From Trypanosoma brucei (taxonomy: Eukaryota), in the NCBI GenBank assembly GCA_000002445.1, contig CH464491.1:4000001-4064000 (forward strand): a stretch of 64,000 nt of DNA, in the 5' to 3' direction. Positions 23,355 to 34,742 of this stretch are shown here, piece after piece. The notes below the pieces were generated by a model. It searched no databases. It saw only the letters and a program-made list of their open reading frames with translations, and had not been told where the DNA came from. Each line of letters begins with the position of its first letter. Within the stretch, counting starts at the first letter, position 1. Made by a program: the position numbers and the translations under genes.

Positions 23355-23434
23355 CCCTGGCGATGCCGGCCACCTCAACGTGGTGCCAGGGTCCAGTCTC
23401 CCGTATCATCGGGGGAAGCCAAGAGCCAGCAGCG
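23355..23434 (+). mobile_element. Pr77-like 5' signature (~79 nt) of trypanosomatid non-LTR retroposons (ingi/RIME/L1Tc/NARTc/DIRE family)
   Basis: Sequence 'CCCTGGCGATGCCGGCCACCTCAACGTGGTGCCAGGGTCCAGTCTCCCGTATCATCGGGGGAAGCCAAGAGCCAGCAGCG' closely matches, from memory, the conserved first ~79 residues shared by ingi, RIME, L1Tc, NARTc and DIRE elements. In L1Tc this region is reported to act as an internal promoter and an HDV-like ribozyme. Confidence 0.6.
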
Positions 23435-26400
23435 TTCCTTTCATGGGGAACACTGCTGTGCTCCGGCTACAGCGTCATACAGCACGGGGATCAGAAGCGT
23501 CTTGCTGGGACACCGTTTTTCATTTGTCGGTCCCTGGGCACGTGACAGCGTTGCCATCGACGGTATCCGGAGTTTTCCCTATGACGTTGTGTACGTTTGG
23601 AAAACATCCAGTGACATTCTCGCACCCTTTTCTATTGTCAGGGATTCTGTTGGGTTACTGCGGGCCGATGGGGCTGCATTTGCCCGCTTCACGAATATCA
23701 GTCTGTTGCCGTTGCATGTTGTCGAAGCGACCACATATTTCTTTCCAAACAATACAGATTTCTCGGTTCATAATCCGTGGCATCCACCAGGCGGTGATTG
23801 TACACTGTTTCCACTGAATCGTTGTGCAACCTGCCTGTCCCACACTTCCATTTTCATATCTTTGTAATCTTCCGCACGTATGAGTCTTATTCAAGCGTGG
23901 GAGAGGGGTTTACAGCCGCATCGGAGGTTTGCGCAACGTCGACAGCCCTCATGGACATACGCGATGGCGGTAAGATCCGACTAAGGGCTGCTAGCAATTG
24001 TTGAAGCCGTATTGCTGTGCGGCAACTTTGTTGAAGTTCCAAATGCTGTGTTGTAAGCCGAACCTTAACGGTTCTTTCCACCGATCTTCATAGGCACCTC
24101 GTGAGCGTCAGTAGTTCGTATGAGTTTTCATATTTCATTTTCTTACAAGCTGCTAGGGCATGGATGTTCAGACGACACATGATTCTGTTTTGATGTTTCG
24201 ATTCTCTTCTACGGACTCATATCAAACAGTTAAAGCAAGAGCGTAAATTATTTGTTTCTGGGATGTTACTGTGTTTCGCTGCCCAGATAAGGGGAGGCAG
24301 CCGCCGAGACACGTGGTAGCTGATGCGGTGATATCATGAGTTGAAAAAGTGTTATCGTTCGGAGCTATATCATTTTTGTGTTTATAAACACTAACTATTG
24401 TGAGTAGCTATGCCGCTTGAGAGACGAAGGGCATAGGTCAGGGAAGTGCCTCACCCGTTACCGGCCACTGGCAGAAACTTCGTCCGCCATAGCCAGCGGA
24501 GTGCTGTGAAACATTGGAGTATATATACATATACATATGCTGGTGATGCATCACCCATATGGGTCTTAAACCTTTAGTCGTCACAAAAGTGCACACCACC
24601 TCTTCAATGCCACAGGATCCAGCGGTTGCTTCCGCATAGCACTCAGCCCTTCCTCAATTTAGTGAGATCAAGCTCTTAGTAGCGTTTATCTACAGGGTTA
24701 AGAAAGTTCGTGTTCCCAGTGTTGTATTGTACTGTGGTGTTCCCCTACTCACTCGTGGGGCAGCTCCAGCAGGTTGAAATAAGATCGTGGGGTAGAAGTC
24801 AATCGTTTGCCCAACCCACATAAACTCCGCCATTTCTGCCCTTTTTTTCCTTGTACGTTCCCTCGGTCTCCCTTCCGAATTCACCCCACTTAAGTTTTGT
24901 TCATACATGAAAAAGAGGTATCCGACACTGGAGGTTCAGGTTATCCATTGTGTTTTTCCGCTAAATTACACAGGATAAGATAGGGTGATGGTACATATTT
25001 GCTGAAGTGTAGTGATATCCATGCGTACACCCCGCGCCATCTTTACAGGGGATGCATCATGTTCGGGCTTCGCCGCTCAGTGCGGGCACTTGGTGCCATG
25101 GCCAGTTTTTGGTTGACTCGAAAATGGTTGTTGATGCAGCGCCGCATTAAAGTTTCTCCTTTGGTATGTGGTTGGATGGTGCGGCATCAGGAAAGCGCGT
25201 TGGCAAGAGCACCGGCACCAATGAGTTACGCAAGTCAGGTTACGCGCATTGGCTTATTTACCCCTAGCATTAAAGTGTGGCGTGACAGAGTTACTAGTGA
25301 AAGCGGCAATTTGCATCCTATCTTGTAGATGGGCGATGGCCCGCGTATCTTAGACGTGTGAAATGACTTCTATTCATGGCTCTGCTAGAAGGTCTTCCAT
25401 AATGAGTATACGAGCATGCCGCTACCTTCTTACACATGTAAGTTGTCCTGTGATGTGTTGGTAAAAGGTAGAGCTTATGGACCTTGATTATGCAGTTGTT
25501 ATACTAGTTCTATTCACGGCACAGAAGGTTGAAAATGCATCAACGAGCGTTTTATAGAATATACTGGGATTACTTTCCTCTAGAACGTGGTGCAACTCTA
25601 TTGATGTTCCAATGCCAGAACTTTTATAGACCCCCCTTTACGTGAATGGACAGAGGTGTTCTTTGTAGTGGGAAATCGTCGGATAATGCGTTCCCAGGGA
25701 TCGAAGAGTGCATAGTTGTATTCCAGAAAGATGCAACCCTCAAGTATTCCGTGTTTTGTGTAATTCCGTAGCCGTATTATAGTGGTGTTTTCTAGGTGAG
25801 AAACGCTGCCTGCTTTTGGCTTCTTCTGAACACCGTAAAGTACAGGAAAGCGTGCCAAGGCGCTCAGGCAGCCGGCGCCGAGAGGGTGTAACGAAGCAAA
25901 TACTGTGGAAGTGAGTGGTAAAGCTGTGCCACATTGATGTGGAAGGAGAGGGGGAAATACTGTGCGGCGCCCTTCCTTGTTTCGATGGATGCAAATTTTC
26001 AGAACCCGCAACCATTGATACTCGCAAAGTGCGCATTTACACAAAGGCGAAGAGTGACAACACTTTGACTAGTGATTGAAACGTTACAAAAAAGGTGCCC
26101 CCAACATGGGTATGAAAGATATTTAGAAACTCTAAGAAGGTCAGTGCCAGCCACGCCATCGTGATGCCAGGGGTTGCTGCAAGAAGGGGAAGGCCAAGCA
26201 TTTACACGCATCCCTGCTTGTATGAATTGCGGCAGCAGGCGGCAGTCCAGCACACACGACACAACCCTCCTGAAAAAAATTACGGATGGAGGCGCAAAGA
26301 AGTGGAACCTGGTAACGGAAAGTCCCTAGTGTCCGGAGGCAATTTTTCAGAAAGGCTGCCCTGGCACGACACCAAAAAATAGTAGCACATGATTGTGAGG

Positions 26401-28500
26401 GAAAGAAAGGCCACAACGAACCAATAGCCTAGTACCAGGAGATATTCGCTTATTTATTCTGATACCCAAAGCTTGTAAGTGCGATGAAATAAATGGAGCC
26501 AATGGGCACAGTGGAACATGAAGGAGGCCAATCCGAGGAGCCGGAGCAACCCCTTCTGAAACTTTTCAAACTTCCAGATTAAAGCAAGAAAAATCCCATC
26601 GTGAAGAACAACTACGTGGCCGCAGAAGAGAGCCTCGGAATCCCTTACTACAGTTTTGTGGCTCGCCACCAACTCTCTGAGCCCAAACAAAATGTTGCGC
26701 TGCTAAAAGGGGCCGAAAGGATTACCAAATCCTGAAATGAGCACGCAGGGAAACGAGAGCGCACCCTACCTACACAGTTTTCATGCAGAGAAAAAGTTCT
26801 AGGGAACCGCTCGATCCTTCTGTAAGCAAGCGAATGAAAATCAAGCGGCAATGGGGCACGTTCCGGTTGAACGGACGGGGAAGGAAAAGTGCTGTGCACT
26901 ATGCATTCGCAAGTGTGTGAATCTTCTTGCCTTCATCTTGAGCATTCACTCGCGGGCCCCCTATGGGAGGCACATTTGTGCAGAGCCTCTTAGTGAAATC
27001 CAAGGTACCTGATTTATGAGGCGCATCCCAACCACTGGAGCACCATCCCCCCACAAAACTCAGTCGTTGGTGTATTGGGTGATTGTGAAAATGAAGTCAA
27101 CCTCTTATGCCTACGAAATGCTCTCCTGTATCCCTCGATGTCAGGTAGTATCCCACAGCCATTTCATATGCAACTTTATCAACGCATCCCAGTCCCGCCT
27201 CTTTGGGCGTGTGCACTCTCTCCATCCACCGGAAGGTGAGGCTGAGAACCACTAGGCGATGACACCCTAGCACACCCTTGCTTGGGTGATTCCAAAGTAG
27301 GAGGTTCTAGGCGTTTCATTCTCGGGAATTCCACTCTGACGACGCTACTGCTCCGAGTTCTATGAATATTTTTCCCTTCTGACTTTACTGTTTATTGAAC
27401 GTGCTCTAACACTCCCCCTTGGCGGCTTCAACGCGAGTGCCGAAAGCGTTTGGTACCTTTACATTATCAATTTCCCTTCACATAGCAGTGAGATGCAACA
27501 AATCACGAGTACGTACAACACCCGACCGACACTCTGTTGTTCACCATGGTGACCCACGGTGCAGGTTAAACGCACCACGCACTGCCGTACCCTTGAAGTG
27601 ACAGCCTCCGCACCTTTTACTTCTTAGAAGATACCACAAACAGAATTGCCATCCTCCTCCAATTTCCAACCTAGTCCCTCTTTTTCTAACCTCGGACTCA
27701 GCGTTAAAGGGAGAAATAACATTGGGTGCAAAGGGAAAACTTGTACACGCGTTGATTCAGATGCAAGCCCATCCAACTGACTAATGAAAACTAGGGCTTG
27801 AGGGGGGGGGGCACATTTTTATGCAATACACGACAAGCTAATTCCACAGAAGCTGAAGAATTACGGCAAAAAGTGGCATCAACCCCAGCACACTATGCGG
27901 TTAACCTGCAAAATGGAGGCTGTGCCTATTATCACAGTGGAATAAAATCTCTGGTTGGACGTGATTCTGCTTCTTTGCCCCCCTTTTTGGCCATATGCAC
28001 GCCCTCTCCCGTTTTTTATTCTACACTGCGAATATTTACTTCCAACAATGTAGAGCATCAGCAAGCAAAACGCACATATTATCACCAAGCATTGTGACCC
28101 TTCACCCATGCTGTTACTTTCCTCGTCAACGCCATAATGACCCATATGCACTCTTTTTTTTTCTGTCTCAAGAAATTCGTTCGCTTCACCTAGTTAAGCA
28201 TAAATTTCACGACAAAATTTCATCGCCACCACCACCTCCTCCCTATTGAAGTATTGCACTTCTTTATTGACCCGGATACTGCATGTTACGGTGGATGAAC
28301 CCCCGCTTTTGTTTGGGATTTTCGTGAAACGAAGGAGTACAGCTCCACCCTCGCTTCCTTCCCCCGTGCACTTCGATGATGCAACATCCTTGCGTGTTCC
28401 AACAGATAATGCAAACTGGTATTCCACATTCATTTGACAGCGACCAAAAAGAAATCGACAGCGCGTTAAATCACCATTAACCCGATCTGAATCCGATTCC
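23355..28500 (+). mobile_element. Putative degenerate retroposon body (DIRE/ingi-like relic) downstream of the Pr77-like signature; 3' boundary not determined
   Basis: The ~5 kb downstream of the signature has only short, fragmented ORFs in all frames (max ~150 aa) and no terminal poly(A) that I can find. It lies inside a ~10-kb gene-poor interval, which is unusual for this otherwise gene-dense unit. The extent is inferred from the typical 5-5.5 kb size of ingi/DIRE. Confidence 0.3.
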
Positions 28501-28778
28501 GAGACTCCCGATTCGCAACTTCCCGTTACGTTATGATGCCACGGCAACAACCGTAAGAAGGCCTCCTCCCGTACCGGCATCCGTTTAAGGTCCTCTGAAC
28601 GAGATCGCTTCTTAAGCCTAAAATAACGGTTGTTAAATTCATTTAGCAATCTTCCTAAGCTCACACTGTAAACGGTAATATTTGTCTTTAACGCCTTCAT
28701 ATATTCCCTCACCCGTCGTCTCCCCTTTATCTTCAGCTCACTCGTGGGATCAATTACTCCCTTAATGTGCTGTTCCAA
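28194..28778 (-). CDS. Orphan ORF (194 aa) inside the gene-poor / retroposon-relic interval; coding status doubtful
   Basis: Longest ORF in the 19.8-29.9 kb interval, same strand as the flanking genes. No recognisable motifs. Could be chance, or a fragment of degenerated element sequence. Confidence 0.2.
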   Translation of the reverse strand: MEQHIKGVIDPTSELKIKGRRRVREYMKALKTNITVYSVSLGRLLNEFNNRYFRLKKRSRSEDLKRMPVREEAFLRLLPWHHNVTGSCESGVSESDSDRVNGDLTRCRFLFGRCQMNVEYQFALSVGTRKDVASSKCTGEGSEGGAVLLRFTKIPNKSGGSSTVTCSIRVNKEVQYFNREEVVVAMKFCREIYA

Positions 28779-29970
28779 CCAATAGGAATGCTACTCAAAG
28801 AGAGTGATATTGGCTAATAGTTGCCTCTTTATCTGTGCCTTGCGATAGAAGACTTCGTAACCGAAAACCCCCGGATTGTTCATATCTATCTGTGTAGCCC
28901 ATCCTGTATTTTTTTCCGTTGCTCCACAACTGTAAAATATGTGTAACACGAAATAACAAGCATATACCCTTTTCATTCCAGGAATTATCTGCCTCTTCCG
29001 CTTGATTTCGGTGTTACACGTCCAAACCTACTTTGTCCCACCCACCCCCTACGCACACACTGAATAAGTAAATAACCTAATCAATTGACGTCAAGGCTTA
29101 AACCCCCCCTAAAACTGGCGAAGGCGCGAAACCAAGGGGAGAACGAGGTCACATATGTGTTGGGTGGAAAGTAATAACTGGCGCGGGAGCTGTTACATTA
29201 TTTGACATGCGTATGTTTGTTTGGTAGGGCACCGGAAAGAACTGCAGCCCCAGGGCCAAGAACTTTATCCGTGGAATTGGTGATAAGGGCATCCTGTTTG
29301 TTGAAGCATTGCTTTTCTAGCCGTTGCAACTCCCATCATAACCCGCACAAATTGCCCTAATATCCTGAATGTAATTCTACCTACCAAATATCGGAACGTT
29401 GGGGGTGCTTTCGCTAGGCGGGTGAGAAAAAATACTTCACACAATGTAGTAGCACCCGCATCAGATGAATGCTTGATCCTGCTTAATCTTTGCTGTGCGC
29501 ACCAAACATCCAAACTCCACTAGCATCGATATTCTTCCCGCGACAAACGAGGTTCACGTTGTCATCAGAGTCAAATAACTGTGGGAGAGGAAGCCGCCAC
29601 CGCAATCGGACCCATCATGCCGCGCAAATTCTACTCAATAAGAGGCATGTGAGGGGGCGGTGGCGACGTGACGGGTAAAAGTTACGACGAAAAGAGTGTT
29701 ATGTGTGTCTTTGAAAGTGTGGCGAGCGTTGAAGCGACAGCTCTTTAAGTTGTTCCCCAAGTTTGTTTGAGGGGACTGTCGGTGCGGGAATGAAAGCAGA
29801 CAGTTCACGCGGAGAATGGTAAAGACGAAAAGTTGTAATCTTCTTTTAGAAGCACTACACAAATGAAAGCTAACGTGTGCAGGTGGTGACGCATGCGCTT
29901 GGATACTCAGTTCTCCGGGAGACGACGCTTTGCGTACACGAGAATACGCAAGAGCCTGTGAGTGGAAGGG

Positions 29971-32900
29971 TTAGAACCAGCTATTTTTTTGCTTCTGATT
30001 TAACTTCCGGGCCAATGCCTCAAACGTGGTCGCTTCCTGCGCCAACTCACGCGATTTACTTTCAATTTGGGAAATTTTTTCACCTCGCTCATGCACCTTG
30101 ACTTCGTTCTCCCTCATCATCTGCAGCGCCTCGGTCACACTGACGTTCTCCCGCGCGGCGACAGCCTTGAGCTCGCTGTACCGGCTTCCTCTCCTTTCCT
30201 CGCTTCCCTCCCTTTCAGATCTCCTTTGGGACAGGACCGCTCCGTCTCTCCCTCTCTCAACAATGGAATCGGGCCGAGGGTGCTGTGGTGCAGCCCCCTC
30301 CATCTTTTTCACCAAGACATTTGTTTCAATCTTCGTAGCTGCCTCCTCCCAGGACTGTGTGGTCAACCGTTTCAGCAGCCCCTGCTCTTGCTTTACTGCC
30401 GGCGGGGGTGGCAAAAACTGCAAGTAAGACCGGAAGGTTGGTGGTGCGGGTACGTGGCGGATGCCTTCCAAAGGTTCCGCAGTCAAACGAAGCTGGTCAC
30501 TAACATTGCTTTCAGCTGAAACGATAAGATGTCCAAGTGCTCCCGACACTCCTACCACGTAGATGTGAAGCCCACTTCCTTCTATGTAGTGTGTGTGGAG
30601 GCGGAGGTCGTTTTCATCACAAAGACAGAGCATCGTATGCTCCGCCAGTCGCTGACCACTCTCGAGGTCTAATACGTTGAACCATCGCCATCCATTTGCG
30701 TCCCGACTCATCACGACCACCACGCGGAGAGACATGCAAACCCCCACATGCTCAACGGAGCGTCCCCGCCCCACCACAGGGGGTTGCATGCGGTTCGATG
30801 GAGCTTCTCCCGACAAAAGCCGCTCAGCAAGATATAAGTGAACCTTGCGTCCATTCCAAAGAACAACCGTTGTGTCAGGCGGGGAGTCTTCACCCAGTAC
30901 GTTTCTCAGGCGGCTTCTTTCCTCTTCCTGTTTTTCCTGCTCGTCTTCTGCATGAAGATCACACTGCAAGGCATCATAGGGCCATCCGGGATTCACTTCC
31001 ACCGCGACAATTCGACTACCTGGTGTGACAACTCCTCTCAAGGTGTACTCGCCGTCTGCACTCACAACCACTTCCCCACCAGAGACAACAACACTCAGGC
31101 GAAGGTCTTTTGAATTAGACGAGGGGAGCAATGTCCACTCCGTATCGGTCCCACCAACTCTCCCGTACCATAAACCTCCGGGGGGTTCTGCACACCACCG
31201 TAGCTCAACAGCAAAAATGACGCGGCCGAATACATCGCGGAAACTGACGGTGCCTCGAAAATCAGAATTTTTCTCGGCACTGGGGTCGCTTTTACCATCT
31301 GAAACATCGGCATGGGGAGCTCTAACCACAAGGCTGGCGGCCCCTGCCGATACCGAAAACCGTGGAGTTGAACTGCACAACATGACTTTGTCGTAGCTCC
31401 ACCTACCATCATCCTCCCGGTGATAGCCGAGCATCTGCATGTCGGACATGTTCCAGATTATTAGCCCTCGATCGTTTGAGAGAGTACAAAACAAGGCCAA
31501 AAAGCTGTTCTTACCCTCACAAACAGGGCCAGTACTGCCGGCTGAACAACTTCGACCCATCCAAACTGTGTCAAAAGATGTTACAGATGCGCCCGCTGGA
31601 AATAGGCCTCCCGGATAATGAACCATGGCGGGCGCATTCCCTTCCCCAGTGACCCCGCCGCTTAGGTCAACGATGACCAAGTTCCCATTACGCAGTTGCA
31701 GAAGGATGCTCATCCCACCACGCACCAACTGGAAGGCTTGCGGTGTAAGTTCCCGCTGTTCAATTCGGCAGTCTGCCAACTTTGCGGTCCGCGCGATAAT
31801 CTCAGCTTCTCCATCTTGTCCATCGTCCCCGACACTAGCTCCGCCAAATATGAGTTGCTCTTTTGAGAGGGTCATAATATGTTCCACATGTGGTGGTGAG
31901 AATCGCACGGCATTTACTGATACCCCCATTTCGTCAGCCAAAACGCGTAGTATAAACTCAGTCCTGCAAGGATGCTTTGGAAGGGCTTCCTCGAGTATGA
32001 CGACCGCCGAGCCCGTAGGCAATGACGCGCGGGCGTTAGCAGCGGTATTCTGTTCGATTACAGTAGCCGGTACTGGGAGACACTCATTGGTTAGGGGAAG
32101 GAAGCATACAGCCCCAGTAGCCGAATACGGAACCATACCCAGAAGTATTTCTTTCTGTAGTCCCTTTCCTTCCACATCGCCTTCGCACTCCAAGCAGGCT
32201 AGGACAGTAGCCCATGGATCTTCCGGGTCTGGTTGTAAAGAAGCGCCATGCCAAATGGCTCTGGTAACCTCCGCGGGGGGGGACACCAGCAACATTTCAT
32301 CCCACGGAAAGGGTTCGGGCATGACGTTTCTTAACGGGACAGCGGACTCCACATTTCGTTGATATCGTGAGCGCCGTACCAAAAGAGGGCCCAGGTCTTC
32401 AGATAGCACAAGAAGTGTGTCCAAGTCCGAGTCCTTCCATTCGCTCAACCAGTAACCCGGCCCAACGCATGGAATGACACGGCAGAGGTCAAGTGATGAT
32501 GATTCATCGCCTTCACACTGCAGCGGCAGGATTTTCGCCTTTATGTGTGACAAAATGTCCTCCCGCTGAATTAATCGCTTCTCTTCCAAGTTAATCACAA
32601 GTTCCACAATATCACAAGTGGAGTGCAGCAAAAAATGCAGGGGCGACTTCTTCTCGGACCGCGCACCATGTGGTGGGTCGCTGGAGTGCGCGATGTACAT
32701 GCCGGTAGACGACACCACTTCGTCGTCTGGTCCCCCGACCGGGGAGCAAGGACGGCATCCGGTTTGTACACTCCACATGAGTGCCACTGACCTTTCCTTG
32801 TCTTTCTTGCCGTTTTCCGCCCATATGTAAAGGGCGGAAGCGTCAAACGCCGCGGCAACAACGAAGGAAGCTCCAGGGGTATACCTGCATGCCGTAATAC

Positions 32901-33642
32901 CACACCCCGTTTGGGGTTCTGGCAGGGAAAAGAAACGACTGAGACGATTTTCGTCCAAATACCACTTGCACACTCCAGCCGCACCGGCGACAACCGCAAT
33001 AAATGTATTCGGATTACTCGGGCAGCTATTCATAGAAAGCACGTAGCCTCGTGGTGCCCACTCACTTGAAGCTGCTGAGAAAAAGGGGCGGCAAAGATTC
33101 ATTGTGCTCGTTGTTAGTGCCGCCCACACCAACTGCTGAGTTGAACCACTTTCCTGTAGCCTCCAGTACATAACCGTACCATCCTCACAGCCTACTGCGC
33201 CCCACGTCACACCCTGCGGTACGTGAAGACTGGTAAACAGCACCCCCCTTTTCCCGCATGGGGACAACGCAGAAGAGATCCCATGAAATGCGTAGTCGAG
33301 AAGCACCAGCCGCTCCGGGGAGAGCAGCAGCACACTTGAAGTTCCAGAAAAGATGCTACAGTCAATCCAACGGACGCAGTTTGGGACCTGCAGCAGCATC
33401 TGCCGCCTACCACGCGCAACAAGCAGTGCAGGCACGTTATTGCCGACGCATAGGACAACTTGGCGAACCGGGTCATGGGCACAAAGATGATATGAAGTGT
33501 AATCCACCGTTTCATCCACGCACTGCATTTGGGCCCGCTTCAGGGTCGCTGCTTCGGGGTCACCTGCCTCGGTCTTGAACGCCGTTACGTCCGAAGGATT
33601 CAGCCATCGCATCAAATTTTCGAACATCTCCAAGTTACCCAC
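29971..33642 (-). CDS. Tomosyn / Lgl (lethal giant larvae) family protein with C-terminal R-SNARE-like motif (1223 aa)
   Basis: C-terminus 'ALQMMRENEVKVHERGEKISQIESKSRELAQEATTFEALARKLNQKQKNSWF' aligns with the VAMP/synaptobrevin R-SNARE layer pattern (..[33 protein letters not shown].WW), with the central Arg in 'HERGEK'. The long N-terminal region has repeated GxxDG/WD-like beta-propeller character, as in tomosyn/Sro7/Lgl. Confidence 0.7.
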   Translation of the reverse strand: MGNLEMFENLMRWLNPSDVTAFKTEAGDPEAATLKRAQMQCVDETVDYTSYHLCAHDPVRQVVLCVGNNVPALLVARGRRQMLLQVPNCVRWIDCSIFSGTSSVLLLSPERLVLLDYAFHGISSALSPCGKRGVLFTSLHVPQGVTWGAVGCEDGTVMYWRLQESGSTQQLVWAALTTSTMNLCRPFFSAASSEWAPRGYVLSMNSCPSNPNTFIAVVAGAAGVCKWYLDENRLSRFFSLPEPQTGCGITACRYTPGASFVVAAAFDASALYIWAENGKKDKERSVALMWSVQTGCRPCSPVGGPDDEVVSSTGMYIAHSSDPPHGARSEKKSPLHFLLHSTCDIVELVINLEEKRLIQREDILSHIKAKILPLQCEGDESSSLDLCRVIPCVGPGYWLSEWKDSDLDTLLVLSEDLGPLLVRRSRYQRNVESAVPLRNVMPEPFPWDEMLLVSPPAEVTRAIWHGASLQPDPEDPWATVLACLECEGDVEGKGLQKEILLGMVPYSATGAVCFLPLTNECLPVPATVIEQNTAANARASLPTGSAVVILEEALPKHPCRTEFILRVLADEMGVSVNAVRFSPPHVEHIMTLSKEQLIFGGASVGDDGQDGEAEIIARTAKLADCRIEQRELTPQAFQLVRGGMSILLQLRNGNLVIVDLSGGVTGEGNAPAMVHYPGGLFPAGASVTSFDTVWMGRSCSAGSTGPVCEGKNSFLALFCTLSNDRGLIIWNMSDMQMLGYHREDDGRWSYDKVMLCSSTPRFSVSAGAASLVVRAPHADVSDGKSDPSAEKNSDFRGTVSFRDVFGRVIFAVELRWCAEPPGGLWYGRVGGTDTEWTLLPSSNSKDLRLSVVVSGGEVVVSADGEYTLRGVVTPGSRIVAVEVNPGWPYDALQCDLHAEDEQEKQEEERSRLRNVLGEDSPPDTTVVLWNGRKVHLYLAERLLSGEAPSNRMQPPVVGRGRSVEHVGVCMSLRVVVVMSRDANGWRWFNVLDLESGQRLAEHTMLCLCDENDLRLHTHYIEGSGLHIYVVGVSGALGHLIVSAESNVSDQLRLTAEPLEGIRHVPAPPTFRSYLQFLPPPPAVKQEQGLLKRLTTQSWEEAATKIETNVLVKKMEGAAPQHPRPDSIVERGRDGAVLSQRRSEREGSEERRGSRYSELKAVAARENVSVTEALQMMRENEVKVHERGEKISQIESKSRELAQEATTFEALARKLNQKQKNSWF

Positions 33643-33649
33643 AGCTACA

Positions 33650-33700
33650 GAGTCAAATAATCAAAAAAAAAGTATGAACAACAATAGGTAGTGCAAATCT
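33650..33700 (-). promoter_or_regulatory. Polypyrimidine tract (minus strand) 5' of the tomosyn-like gene
   Basis: Plus strand 'caaataatcaaaaaaaaagtatgaacaacaat' immediately upstream (coordinates >33642) of the minus-strand ATG. Confidence 0.35.
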
Positions 33701-34742
33701 GGACCTGTGCGCTGGGGAACAGTGTCTACTTCAAACTGCAGCGAAGCATTACCGAAAAAAAATCCACATACAAGTGAAAATACGTGGGTGGGGCGAGACC
33801 GTTGTCAGAAGGGGGGAAACATACGTCACTGTCCGTGAAATGTGATTGGATGGCAGTAGCATGGAAAAATATTTAGCGTTCTCTCGTTTAAACGGAAGGA
33901 ATATAACAACTGGAAGGAAAAAATAAATACTCATCCGCAGCCGCGCCGGGCACCCTAGAAAAAGTTTCTAGTTTTTACAAGGTAAGTTAGTCTCGGTCCT
34001 TAACTCAACTCATCGTGGCACGGAATGTAACTCAGAGCACCGTTCCGTGGCCTTTTTCTAATCCCGCTGCTGTGGCGCAAGTCGAAATCGTACGTGTGCG
34101 CATAAGATTTATTCGTGGGCACCGAAAATATATTGGTAGTTCATATGAGCTTTATGGTTTGGGCTAGTGGTTGATTCCAAGAGAGAGAGAGAGCAGAGAT
34201 GCAATGAAAGGCGTAATATACGGAAGCTCACCGATCCAATTTCCCCTTCCCCGGTTATCAAACGGAGTGGAATGTCTTGGTCCACTTGATCCGAACTCCA
34301 CGTAAACAGCGGAGGCATTCGTGCAGACGCTTATGGGTCGAGCAAAAAATAAATAAAAGATAAACAACTAAATTAATGAAACACGGCATAAATAATAATA
34401 ATAATAGTAAATGAGCAACGGCGGCATAAAACAAAACTTTTTAATGACGAATAAAAACTATGACAACGTGGAGGAACGTCTCAGCCTTGTATATATCAAT
34501 ACGAACTTCGCCACTAGAAACAACCAGCGCGTATGAAATAAAACAAAAGCGTAAGTGACTGAGTTCTGAATTCAATACAACCAAGTCACAATCCATCCCC
34601 ACGCCCTGTTACGCCCGTTTGCCGCGTTCCCCTATTTTTTCGTTTAACGATATTGAAAATTAAGGCGAAAGGAAAGGGAGGTATTCAAAATAAAAATAAG
34701 AATAAAAAATACGGGTGCAAAAACAACATAGAATAAAAATCT

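Noticed and set aside
20200-29900. Search for tRNA / 5S / snRNA genes in the gene-poor interval (T-loop GGTTCGA / GTTCAAATC and complements)
   Set aside because: No convincing tRNA-like box A/B or T-loop consensus found by eye. A proper scan (tRNAscan-SE, Infernal) is needed, so none is reported.
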